From the NCBI RefSeq assembly GCF_000179635.2, contig NC_014833.1, forward strand, positions 600,001 to 632,000: DNA of 32,000 nt, read 5' to 3'. The notes beneath the pieces were generated by a model. The model saw nothing but the letters and a program-made list of their open reading frames with translations. It had not been told where the DNA came from and did no database searches. Source of the stretch: Ruminococcus albus 7 = DSM 20455. GTDB taxonomy: Bacteria > Bacillota > Clostridia > Oscillospirales > Ruminococcaceae. Of this stretch, positions 1 to 7,949 are shown piece by piece. Each line of letters starts with the position of its first letter. The stretch's first letter is position 1. A program made the position numbers and the translations under genes.

Positions 1-1187
1 TAATGGTATTGACAGCTGTTTTATCTGTATACTCATAGAAAGAAGCATTATCAGGGATAAGCTGAGCTATACTCTGGTACTGTTCCGTAGAGTCTTCATC
101 GCCAAGTCCGATAAATGTTATTTTCTTATCAACTATCTTCTGTGCAACATTTTTCTGAACTTCCTCATCATCAAGATCTTCGATAGGCGTATCGCTAAGA
201 CTTATAACATATCTGCTGTTGTCACTTTCAAAATTGTAATTGTCGAGAATATTCAGGAGCTTTTCGCCCTTGATGGTCTGCATAGTGATGTTGGCAAACG
301 TGAAATATGATCTCTGACTGCAGCAATGACTTGCATGGCTTGTGATCGGTCCATAGCCATTGCCGTGGATATTAGGAAGCTCTGCGTTATCTATTACAAT
401 GTCACCGCCATCCCAGAGGGAAACAGTGTCGCTGTTTGCAATGATCTTAATGTGATGTTCCGCATAAACATCCTTAAACTGGAATTTGCTGATCTCTTTT
501 CCGGCATATCCTCTGTTTCTGAAAGAATCGAGATTCATCTCATCTAATTCATATAATCTCAATCCATCCCGCATTATGAGAACATAATATCCGCTGATCG
601 TGTTTGCTTCAGCATCTATAGTAGTATTAAAGAGGAATCCACCTCCGTTCATACTATGCCAGTCAGTCTTATCACGCTGAATATCGAACGTAAATATCTT
701 CTGAGAATCATTCTTATCGGGAACAAACAGGAAATCCTTATATGGGTCATACCTATATCCAAGCATCTGAATATTTGTATTATCAGATACTATATGTTTT
801 GTATATCCTGACTGCGTATCATATCCCGGGTGATCATATTCTATCCATTCATGAGCGTCTTTCGCAGAAAGGAATGATGTTGAAACATTGCTGAGATGTG
901 GAATAAGTTATATTATCATCCGAAACATCGTTAAAAGGAAGATCATCAGCCAGTGAAACATAGGGCTTTTCAGGATTGATCAAAGCGGAAATATCTGCCA
1001 TTACTGTTTCATAATTTTCAACAGTAACATTTGACAGCAATTCTTCAAGATCATTGTAACCCGAGATAACAGTGTCCCGATATTCAGAAAAATCAGCTGA
1101 ACCATCATCAGTATCACTTAATTCTTCAGTTGTCCGAGCTTTGAGGTCTGAGATCTGTTTGCTGAAATCAGCAACGCTTTTCTCTAG
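1..1187 (-). pseudogene. 3' portion of a large membrane-anchored/secreted protein gene. It runs off the left window edge, is separated from its 5' part by an IS5-family insertion, and carries an internal frameshift.
   Basis: I checked the minus-strand frame triplet by triplet. It is open from 907 to position 2, about 300 codons with no stop. The upstream segment (ORF-track 849..1277, host-derived part up to 1183) is in a different frame and stops at 849-851. The two frames overlap only in 852-907, so a frameshift lies there. There is no recognisable family, only an acidic linker followed by a Gly/aromatic-rich domain. Confidence 0.6.
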
Positions 1188-2289
1188 GGCAACACCGCAC
1201 AAATGACCTCTAAAGCAAGACATACCCCAAACAGATATGCCTGCCCAAGATCCTGTTCGCAGGGCGCACTTTATCAAGCCAGCAAGTTTTCTTGTCAGCC
1301 AGATAAAGATTCGCCAGCGCGAATATCATATTAAATTTGGCTTGTTGTTTTCGCAAGCCACGGTACCGCGTTCGTCGGAATCGGAACAGTCGCTTCACAA
1401 CTCCGAAAACGTGCTCGACCTTTGAACGTACTGTGGACTTCGCAAACTCTTCTATCTCAAAACCAACTGATCATTAGGCTCCAGTTTCTTCTTTGCACCG
1501 CGCCGGCGGTTGATGTGATACTCCCGCCCCTCTTTTTGCTTTTCCTCCGATATATGCTCCTCAACATTCAGATATCCCGAATCTCCGTATATTTCATCTT
1601 CATCGCCATCGATCACGTCATCGACGGCTTCCGTATCGTGTACATTTGCAGCGGTCGCCTTGACGTGGTGAACAAGGCCGGTGTCCTTATCGACACCGAT
1701 ATGCGCCTTGTATCCGAAATACCATTGATTGCCTTTCTTGACAGAATGCGCATCGGGGTCGCGCTGCCTGTCAGCATTTTTGTGGAGGAGGGCGCGGCAA
1801 TAAGTGTCGAATCGACGATAGTACCTTTCTTCAGGATGAGATGATTCTTATCCAGGATGCTGATGACCTGCGCGAATATCTGCTCTTGGATATTGTTGTC
1901 GATAAGCAGCTGTCTGAATCGGCCGATAGTATCGCCGTTGGGAACATCATCGGGAGATGATACGCCGCAGAAATCAGAGAAAGAGCGGCTGTCGAGTATC
2001 TCATACATAACGGCCATATCTGCGAGGTCATAGAAATTCTGGAGAATATGGATCCTGAGCATCAGCTCGATTGGGTATGGCTTCTGTCCGACTTTCCCTT
2101 CATAATAAATCGGAGATATTATAGAAACCCAGTCTTGCCAAGGGATCAGAGAATCCATTTTCTCAAGGAACTGTTTTTTGTTGGTCTTTGCACTCTGGAA
2201 GGCATCGCCGAAGAGTGAGGTTTGAAGATTGCTTTTCATACTTTTATTATATCATTTTTGGGCTGCTGCGCAAGTTGTGCGGTGTTGCC
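1188..2289 (-). mobile_element. IS5-family insertion sequence, 1102 bp.
   Basis: A perfect 15-bp terminal inverted repeat, GGCAACACCGCACAA, lies at 1188-1202, with its reverse complement at 2275-2289. It is flanked by a direct CTAG at 1184-1187 and 2290-2293. The interior encodes an IS5/DDE transposase. Confidence 0.85.
1210..2239 (-). pseudogene. IS5-family DDE transposase, broken into three frames.
   Basis: The N-terminal part (ORF 1613..2239) is MKSNLQTSLFGDAF...LIPW...TLIAAPSSTK. The DDE core continues in another frame after an A5 run near 1775 (NADRQRDPDAHSVKKGNQWYFGYKAHIGVDKDTGLVHHV...), then hits a stop. The C-terminal part, KVEHVFGVVKRLFRFRRTRYRGLRKQQAKFNMIFALANLYLA, is in the frame of ORF 1210..1398. 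Confidence 0.8.
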
Positions 2290-2599
2290 CTAGTTCCTCA
2301 CTTGACTCCACGTTCTCCGGCATATTAGCAAATGCTTCGACCAGTGATTGACTCGCTTTGCCCATATATGTCGTATTCTCTGCCAACACAAGTTCACTAA
2401 CATCTTTGAGTTCCGTATTTGGGAACAAGTCTGTACTGTAATCAAGTGTTTGGGTCAACAAATCAGTTGACTTGGGTTTGCTCTTCTCTGCGACGATCGG
2501 AGCATAGTTATCTCCGACCACATAAACGCAGGTCATTGTTATGGCTAGTACCATAGCAATCAACTTATTTGTTGGTTTGCGCTTGGGTATTGTGTTCAT
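2290..2599 (-). pseudogene. 5' portion of the IS5-interrupted gene (signal-anchor N-terminus).
   Basis: The start is at 2599 (MNTIPKRKPTNKLIAMVLAITMTCVYVV...), preceded by AAAGGAG at 8-nt spacing. If the IS and one CTAG copy are removed, the reading frame joins ...PENVESSEEL to EKSVADFSKQISDLK... in frame. Confidence 0.7.
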
Positions 2600-2975
2600 T
2601 AACACGACTCCTTTCATAGTATGTAAATCCATTAGATTTACAAAAAATATACATTCATTATTATATGGCATTAAGTTTATAGATGTCAAGCTTTGAACCG
2701 ATTTTTTAATCATAATCATGGAAGATAACAATAATCATATAAAACAGATAAATAATATAGCTATTTTAGTAAATTCCAAAAAACATAAGATATTGAATGT
2801 TGTCCAATAAAATGCATTAAAGAGGTTTGTTTATCATTACATTAAATTTTACAAGCAATAATGCAATTAACTCAAAATAAAACTGACTACGCTTGATGAA
2901 ATGCTTCCCTTTTGTTAGACAATGTGGTATAATAGAGATATACCAATTTGAAATCTAACGAAATGGGGCATTTTT

Positions 2976-3275
2976 ATGCCTAAAGGAAAACCAAACAAGA
3001 GATACACACCGGAGTTCAAGATAATGGTTGTGGAAACAATGCATAATGAAAAGTTAAGTTACAAAGAAGCTGCTCGCCAATTTGATGTCTCATTTGATAC
3101 AGTAGTATCAAAATGGGAGCGCATCTATCTTGAAGAAGGTAAAGAAGGATTTTATGTTGAACGTCGTGGGCGCAAATCAACAGGTCGTCCTCCAAAAATG
3201 AAAAAAGAAGTCGAAGAAGACCTCATAGCCGAGGTTCAGCGTCTTCGTGCGGAGAATGCATACTTAAAAAAATGA
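2976..3275 (+). CDS. IS3-family transposase OrfA (helix-turn-helix plus leucine zipper).
   Basis: The protein reads MPKGKPNKRYTPEFKIMVVETM...LRAENAYLKK and ends in an A7 run at 3266-3272, as is typical of IS3 orfA. Confidence 0.9.
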   Translation: MPKGKPNKRYTPEFKIMVVETMHNEKLSYKEAARQFDVSFDTVVSKWERIYLEEGKEGFYVERRGRKSTGRPPKMKKEVEEDLIAEVQRLRAENAYLKK

Positions 3276-3318
3276 ATGCCTTGGTTGCCGAGAGGGTACG
3301 GCAAGAGAGAAAGCAAAA

Positions 3319-4155
3319 GTGATATGGGAACTGAGGCATGAATTCAAGATAGGTCTGCTCATTGATGTTGCCGGAATCCCTCGCAGTACCTATTACTATT
3401 ACAGCAAGCAATTCAATGATCCGAAACCGGATAAGTATGCAGCGATCAAGGAGGATATACGCAGGATATATGATGAAAGAAAAGGACGCTATGGCTATCG
3501 CAAGATAACGAAAGAACTGAGAAAAACGCATAGGATAAACCACAAGACAGTTCAGCGATTAATGCGTAAAATTGGTATATTCTGCCGCGTTCGCATGAAA
3601 AAATACAACTCATTCAGGGGGGAAGTCGGCAGAATAGCACCAAATCTTCTGGTACGTGATTTCAAAGCGGATAAGCCAAATCAGAAATGGGTCACAGATG
3701 TGACAGAGTTTGCTCTGTTTGGTATCAAGCTGTATCTGTCGCCGATCATTGATCTTTTCAACGGCGAAGTTGTGTCCTACAACCTGAATTACCACCCTAA
3801 TTTGAATCAAGTGACCGATATGTTGAATAAAGCATTTGCAAATATACCGGAAAACACCGGACTCATTTTGCATTCGAATCAGGGCTGGCAGTATCAGCAC
3901 AAGCAGTACCAGAAAATGCTCAAAGATAAAGGCATAAGACAAAGTATGTCACGAAAGGGAAACTGTCTCGACAACGCTTGTGCAGAAAACTTCTTTGGAT
4001 TGCTGAAAACAGAACTTCTCTACTTACAGGAATTCTCATCTGTTGAGCACTTCATTTCAGAACTACATTCATACATCGCTTGGTACAACACAAAGCGCAT
4101 CAAGCTTAAGCTTGATGGTATGTCACCTGTTGAATACAGGCTCAACGTTGCATGA
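3319..4155 (+). CDS. IS3-family transposase OrfB (DDE integrase core).
   Basis: The sequence shows ...STYYYY...KPNQKWVTDVTEF...LHSNQGWQY...RKGNCLDNACAENFFGLLKTE...WYN, which are rve-domain hallmarks. The frame is +1 rather than -1 relative to orfA (see findings). Confidence 0.85.
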   Translation: MIWELRHEFKIGLLIDVAGIPRSTYYYYSKQFNDPKPDKYAAIKEDIRRIYDERKGRYGYRKITKELRKTHRINHKTVQRLMRKIGIFCRVRMKKYNSFRGEVGRIAPNLLVRDFKADKPNQKWVTDVTEFALFGIKLYLSPIIDLFNGEVVSYNLNYHPNLNQVTDMLNKAFANIPENTGLILHSNQGWQYQHKQYQKMLKDKGIRQSMSRKGNCLDNACAENFFGLLKTELLYLQEFSSVEHFISELHSYIAWYNTKRIKLKLDGMSPVEYRLNVA

Positions 4156-4362
4156 AAAAAGCGACCAAGATTTCTCTTAGTCGCTTTGCATAAGTTTTCT
4201 TTGAAAAGTTTGTCTAACTTTTTGGGGTCAGTTCAATTTTGAGTCACAGCGTCCGTTTTTGTTTTAATTTCAGATACGATCCTAGTTTCAAATTCAAAAT
4301 GGATCAATTTGGATAGTCCAATTTGCTTCGTGGAGTACTTGGAGTTTATTATACTTCATTAA

Positions 4363-4512
4363 GGTAATGGTTTAGGTAGTGAAGGCCAGTACTCGTATAG
4401 TGCTACTATTGATACAGGAAAAGTAATTGGTACTAAAGGAGAAACGCATATTAGATTAATTTATGATGACTTTGATCAAGTCTGGACTGTCTTTCCGTGC
4501 AAAATTCCATAA
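4363..4512 (+). pseudogene. Orphan C-terminal stub of a toxin-like gene; the ending resembles bacterial EndoU-type domains.
   Basis: A 49-codon open frame has no start codon. It reads GNGLGSEGQYSYSATIDTGKVIGTKGETHIRLIYDDFDQVWTVFPCKIP and is followed 13 nt later by a small ORF with its own RBS. The family assignment comes from motif memory only. Confidence 0.3.
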
Positions 4513-4525
4513 AATAGGTGATATT

Positions 4526-4891
4526 ATGACGATTGAAAATATAATGAAAAAATATGATAGTATGACAATAAATAAATTTAAGGATTTTTTATTTATTGAT
4601 GTAGGTGATATTGATGATGTTGATATCATTGTTGGATTTATAAAGGCGAATGATGAAACAAAAATACAGGAATATTCTGATATGATCTGCAACGATAGCG
4701 GTTATAAAGGTATTTTTTTAGATGGAAATCAGTATATAATTTCAAACGATAAAAATGAAGTTCATATCATAGATACAATTGCGGCTGAATATGCAAAAAA
4801 TTCATTAATCGAGATGGTTTTTGAAATTGATGAATTTATATTCCTTATTCGCCATAAAAAAGAATATATGGAATGGTTCAACAAAAGATAG
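4526..4891 (+). CDS. Small hypothetical protein, possibly an immunity protein for the upstream toxin stub.
   Basis: The ATG at 4526 is preceded by AGGTGA. The ORF-track ORF 4463..4891 would begin inside the stub. The product is a 121-aa acidic cytoplasmic protein, and the DNA is AT-rich. Confidence 0.45.
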   Translation: MTIENIMKKYDSMTINKFKDFLFIDVGDIDDVDIIVGFIKANDETKIQEYSDMICNDSGYKGIFLDGNQYIISNDKNEVHIIDTIAAEYAKNSLIEMVFEIDEFIFLIRHKKEYMEWFNKR

Positions 4892-4926
4892 CGATAATGA
4901 TAGAATGTGGATAGAAAGAGGATTCG

Positions 4927-5019
4927 ATGACTATAAAAACTATGAGTAAAAAGAAAAAATATATAATAATATTGGCAGTTGTTGTTCTGATTGTAAGCAT
5001 TGTTAAATATATTTTATAT
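4927..5019 (+). pseudogene. 5' part of a small membrane-anchored protein gene split by IS1595.
   Basis: The ATG at 4927 follows AAGAGGA. The product begins MTIKTMSKKKKYIIILAVVVLIVSIVKYILY and stops at the IS boundary. Confidence 0.55.
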
Positions 5020-6042
5020 CATGGTTATCCCTTTAACACACCACAGATAATTTACAATGCTGTCCAAATAAACAGACCTCAAAACTCAGAAAATATAGTA
5101 TAATAGTGACAGAAACCGAAAGGAGCTGTCGCTATGTCAAAAAGATTTCCGAAACCTGAGATCACACTTGATGGGATATACTCAAAGTTCGCAGATGAAA
5201 GCTTTTGCAAGGATTTTGTGCTTGATATCCGCTTTGAAAAGGGCTTTGCCTGCCCGTTTTGCGGTGGCTCTGAGTACCGCAGGATAAGGTCACGCCATCT
5301 GCTGCGCTGCAAGTTCTGTAAAGCAGATATATCCGCCACAAACGGAACTTTTATGCACAGAACACATATTCCGCTGAGGCTGTGGATAATCACCGCATTC
5401 CTCATTATGAGCAACAAATGCAGCGTTTCTGCTGTTACGCTGATGAGGTCTTTGGGAGTGACCTACAAGACAGCCTGGTACATCCTTCATCGCATCAGAA
5501 AAGCTATGAAATGTCGTGAAGAACGCTATTTGCTCGACGGGATCGTTGAACTTGATGACACGTATCTCGGTGCTCCGACTCACGGTAAAAAGCGCGGCAG
5601 AGGTACTGAAAAAGTCAAGATGATCGTAGCTTTATCGAAGAACGCAGCAGGAAATCCCGAGTACGTTAAAATGAGCGATGTGCCGAATTTAAAGGGTATA
5701 ACTGTTGGTAGATTTGCCAGGGATAATATCCGCGCAGGCTCGAAGATCGAGAGTGATAATGCTCGGAGTTACAAGAAACCGTTGGCACAGAAATACTTCC
5801 ATGTTTTTGAAACATATGATCCGACAAGCGGTCAGCTGAACTGGATGCATAAAGTTATATCAAACTTCAAAGCAATGATCATGGGAACTTACCACGGAAA
5901 CGAAAAGATCCACACAGCGTTATATGCTGCCGAATACTGCTACAAATTCAACCGTCGTAAGCTGGGAAACAGTGCGTATTTAAGGCTTTTGGCTGCTTTG
6001 GTGCAGTGATCTTACTTGTGGTGTGTTAAAGGGATAACCATA
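5020..6042 (+). mobile_element. IS1595-family (ISXO2-like) insertion sequence.
   Basis: A perfect 25-bp inverted repeat, ATGGTTATCCCTTTAACACACCACA, lies at 5021-5045, with its reverse complement at 6017-6041. The direct repeat ATTTTATAT flanks it at 5011-5019 and 6042-6050. Confidence 0.9.
5134..6009 (+). CDS. IS1595-family transposase (N-terminal zinc ribbon plus DDE domain).
   Basis: Zinc-ribbon motifs CPFCGG...CKFCK are followed by ...ELDDTYLG...ESDNARSY...NRR, the typical ISXO2-like layout. The 291-aa frame is intact. Confidence 0.9.
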   Translation: MSKRFPKPEITLDGIYSKFADESFCKDFVLDIRFEKGFACPFCGGSEYRRIRSRHLLRCKFCKADISATNGTFMHRTHIPLRLWIITAFLIMSNKCSVSAVTLMRSLGVTYKTAWYILHRIRKAMKCREERYLLDGIVELDDTYLGAPTHGKKRGRGTEKVKMIVALSKNAAGNPEYVKMSDVPNLKGITVGRFARDNIRAGSKIESDNARSYKKPLAQKYFHVFETYDPTSGQLNWMHKVISNFKAMIMGTYHGNEKIHTALYAAEYCYKFNRRKLGNSAYLRLLAALVQ

Positions 6043-6050
6043 TTTTATAT

Positions 6051-6521
6051 TATTCTTCTATAGAACAGAAAATGATCAGGAGTTACAATAATAACAGCGA
6101 ATTGTATGCTAAGCTCGTTGATGACTTAAACGATTATCATAATAACGTTGATAATGATGTTTCGAGAATAGAATTCGGATGGGATCCGAAAGATAAACAG
6201 TCAAATGTCATAATGCGTAAAGATTTTGTGCATAAGATCCCAATAGAAAAAAACATATACGATGACTTGGAACTTGCATTGAATACGATCAAAACTTCTG
6301 AAAAAATGTATATCAAGGCATTATTTGATAGTGAACGAGTCACAACAATAGAAATACATATTACAAATTCCCAATATAGAGATGGAGCAGATATAGTAAT
6401 CTATACTGATGAATTGATATATTCTGTTATTCCTGTTGAAAATTTGAACAAAACAATTGCTAAATCAAAACCAATTGATGAAAACTGGTATTTTGTCAGA
6501 GAAAAAGGTAGTGTGGGTTAA
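6051..6521 (+). pseudogene. 3' part of the IS1595-split gene (ORF-track 6072..6521).
   Basis: The frame at 6051 (YSSIEQKMIRSYNNN...) is contiguous and in frame with 4927-5019 once the IS and one target-site copy are removed. Confidence 0.55.
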
Positions 6522-6659
6522 TTGATAATAAAACTGTAATAATTAACATTGATCCTAGTTTGGATAATGTTGAATTTGGTCAACTTATCGATTATTATAT
6601 AGGTGATGATTTGAAAGGGTTTAAGGAGCTTATTACTATACAACAAGGAGAGTGGTAAA

Positions 6660-7079
6660 GTGGATTTTTATGAAATAATTCCAGGTAAAAGTGTTGGCAG
6701 ATACAGTATAGGTGCAAACTACGATAGTATTATTGAACATCTTCGTACTGAAAAAATACCATATAAAACAACCGATAATAATTATGTAAAAAAAATAATC
6801 ACAGCTGATATTGTTTTCTGGTTTAAAGATAAAGTACTGATCCAAATAATGGTATATAATGATTTTAAAGGTAAAGTAAAAGGAAAGGTCGGTATTGGCT
6901 CTTATCTAAGTGATGTTGAAAAGTTCATAGGGAGACCGGAAGAAGATGGACAAAATATCGAAACAATCTACATAATAAAAGATCTTCCAGGCATTTGTTT
7001 TGAATTACAGGATAATGATATTGATGAAGAGTGGAATGAAAATACAGCACCAATAGAAACAATCAGTGTGTTTAAATAA
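6660..7079 (+). CDS. Small hypothetical protein (immunity-like, unknown family).
   Basis: A GTG start lies 7 nt after AAGGAGAG. The product is 139 aa and acidic. It follows a 48-codon start-less stub at 6512-6658. Confidence 0.45.
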   Translation: MDFYEIIPGKSVGRYSIGANYDSIIEHLRTEKIPYKTTDNNYVKKIITADIVFWFKDKVLIQIMVYNDFKGKVKGKVGIGSYLSDVEKFIGRPEEDGQNIETIYIIKDLPGICFELQDNDIDEEWNENTAPIETISVFK

Positions 7080-7116
7080 TAGATGATCGGTACGATTAAA
7101 ATTATTTATTCTGTAA

Positions 7117-7530
7117 TGTGGACAGGGAAAAAACGCACAAAATCTTGGATAGGCAGGAGTCAGGCGGCGTGATGAGCCAGCCCATTTGAAGTTCTTAGTG
7201 CCACAGGTTGGAGGCCGCCTTCATTGAAGCTGTTGATCCTTTGTGTGTTGTAGTAGCCGAAGATGTATCGGAAGATGACAGTTTTGACTTCTTCACGTTT
7301 CAGTTTGTAGGTCGGGATCAGATACAGCTTTTCTTTTTTCAGCGTGGCAAAGAAACTCTCCATACGGGCATTATCATAGCAATGAGCAGTGCCGCTGAGG
7401 CTCTGAATGAGCCCATTTGTTACAATTTCCCGGCAAAAAGCGTAGCTTGTGTACTGGCAGCCACGGTCACTGTGGAGGACAGTTCCTTCGAGCCTGCCGT
7501 ACTTTTCGCGAATTGGTGAATTTATGCGGA
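7117..7530 (-). mobile_element. Remnant (3' end only) of a second, different IS3-family element.
   Basis: The minus strand encodes only the C-terminal integrase core, ...LHSDRGCQYTSYAFCREIVTNGLIQSLSGTAHCYDNARMESFFATLKKE...YYNTQRI. The element end is TGTGGACAGGG... at 7117. Homology is lost upstream of about 7530. Confidence 0.75.
7160..7519 (-). pseudogene. Truncated IS3-family transposase OrfB fragment.
   Basis: This is ORF 7160..7363 plus its upstream in-frame extension. There is no N-terminal half, no orfA and no start codon. Confidence 0.75.
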
Positions 7531-7641
7531 ATCATGATAATATCACGTACAATTTTCTTATATAATTATATTATAGCAAAGCCAATGATTGTATATCAAT
7601 GATAGGCTTTTAGCTTGAAAACGATAAGAAAAGGTGATAGC

Positions 7642-7824
7642 ATGAAAATCGTAGTACATTATCCCACTTCGGCTGAGGGTATCAGGCAGCTTCAAACGAC
7701 TGTTGCCGAGTGCCACGCTAAGATTATCACGGCTCACATTGATGCACTGCCTGTTTCAAAAGAAAAGAAGAAAGAACTGCTTGATATGGTGATAGAAAAT
7801 ATCGCATCGCAGAAAAACGATTGA
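7642..7824 (+). CDS. Small conserved-looking protein upstream of the recombinase; function unknown.
   Basis: The product reads MKIVVHYPTSAEGIRQLQTTVAECHAKIITAHIDALPVSKEKKKELLDMVIENI... The ATG at 7642 follows AAAGGTGA, and a strong terminator follows the gene. Confidence 0.5.
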   Translation: MKIVVHYPTSAEGIRQLQTTVAECHAKIITAHIDALPVSKEKKKELLDMVIENIASQKND

Positions 7825-7828
7825 CCGC

Positions 7829-7866
7829 AAAGACCTCTCCGGACATTCAGAGAGGTCTTTATATTT
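7829..7866 (+). terminator. Rho-independent terminator.
   Basis: An 11-bp perfect stem pairs AAAGACCTCTC (7829-7839) with GAGAGGTCTTT (7850-7860). The loop is 10 nt and a T-rich tail follows. Confidence 0.75.
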
Positions 7867-7871
7867 GGCAC

Positions 7872-7900
7872 TTGACACCTGCTAATAATGATGATATAAT
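7872..7900 (+). promoter_or_regulatory. Consensus housekeeping-sigma promoter upstream of the recombinase gene.
   Basis: TTGACA lies at 7872-7877 and TATAAT at 7895-7900, separated by exactly 17 nt. Confidence 0.65.
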
Positions 7901-7949
7901 ATCCATAACGATATATAACTATTACAAATATAACGAAAGGAACAATAAT

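Larger units (their letters stand above)
2879..4235 (+). mobile_element. IS3-family (IS150-like) insertion sequence. The left boundary is approximate.
   Basis: The element has an orfA/orfB organisation. The right end is ...TTGTCTAACTTTTTGGGGTCAGTTCA, ending at 4235. The left end matches it only imperfectly: AACTGAC, then 19 extra nt, then CCC....GTTAGACAA at 2881-2923. Confidence 0.7.

Noticed and set aside
326-547. A 73-aa plus-strand ORF.
   Set aside because: It lies antisense to a roughly 300-codon open minus-strand frame that runs off the window edge.
1422-1844. A 140-aa plus-strand ORF and other small ORFs (1237..1425, 1831..2031) within the IS5 element.
   Set aside because: They lie antisense to, or in alternative frames of, the IS5 transposase. 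The minus strand carries the recognisable DDE transposase sequence.
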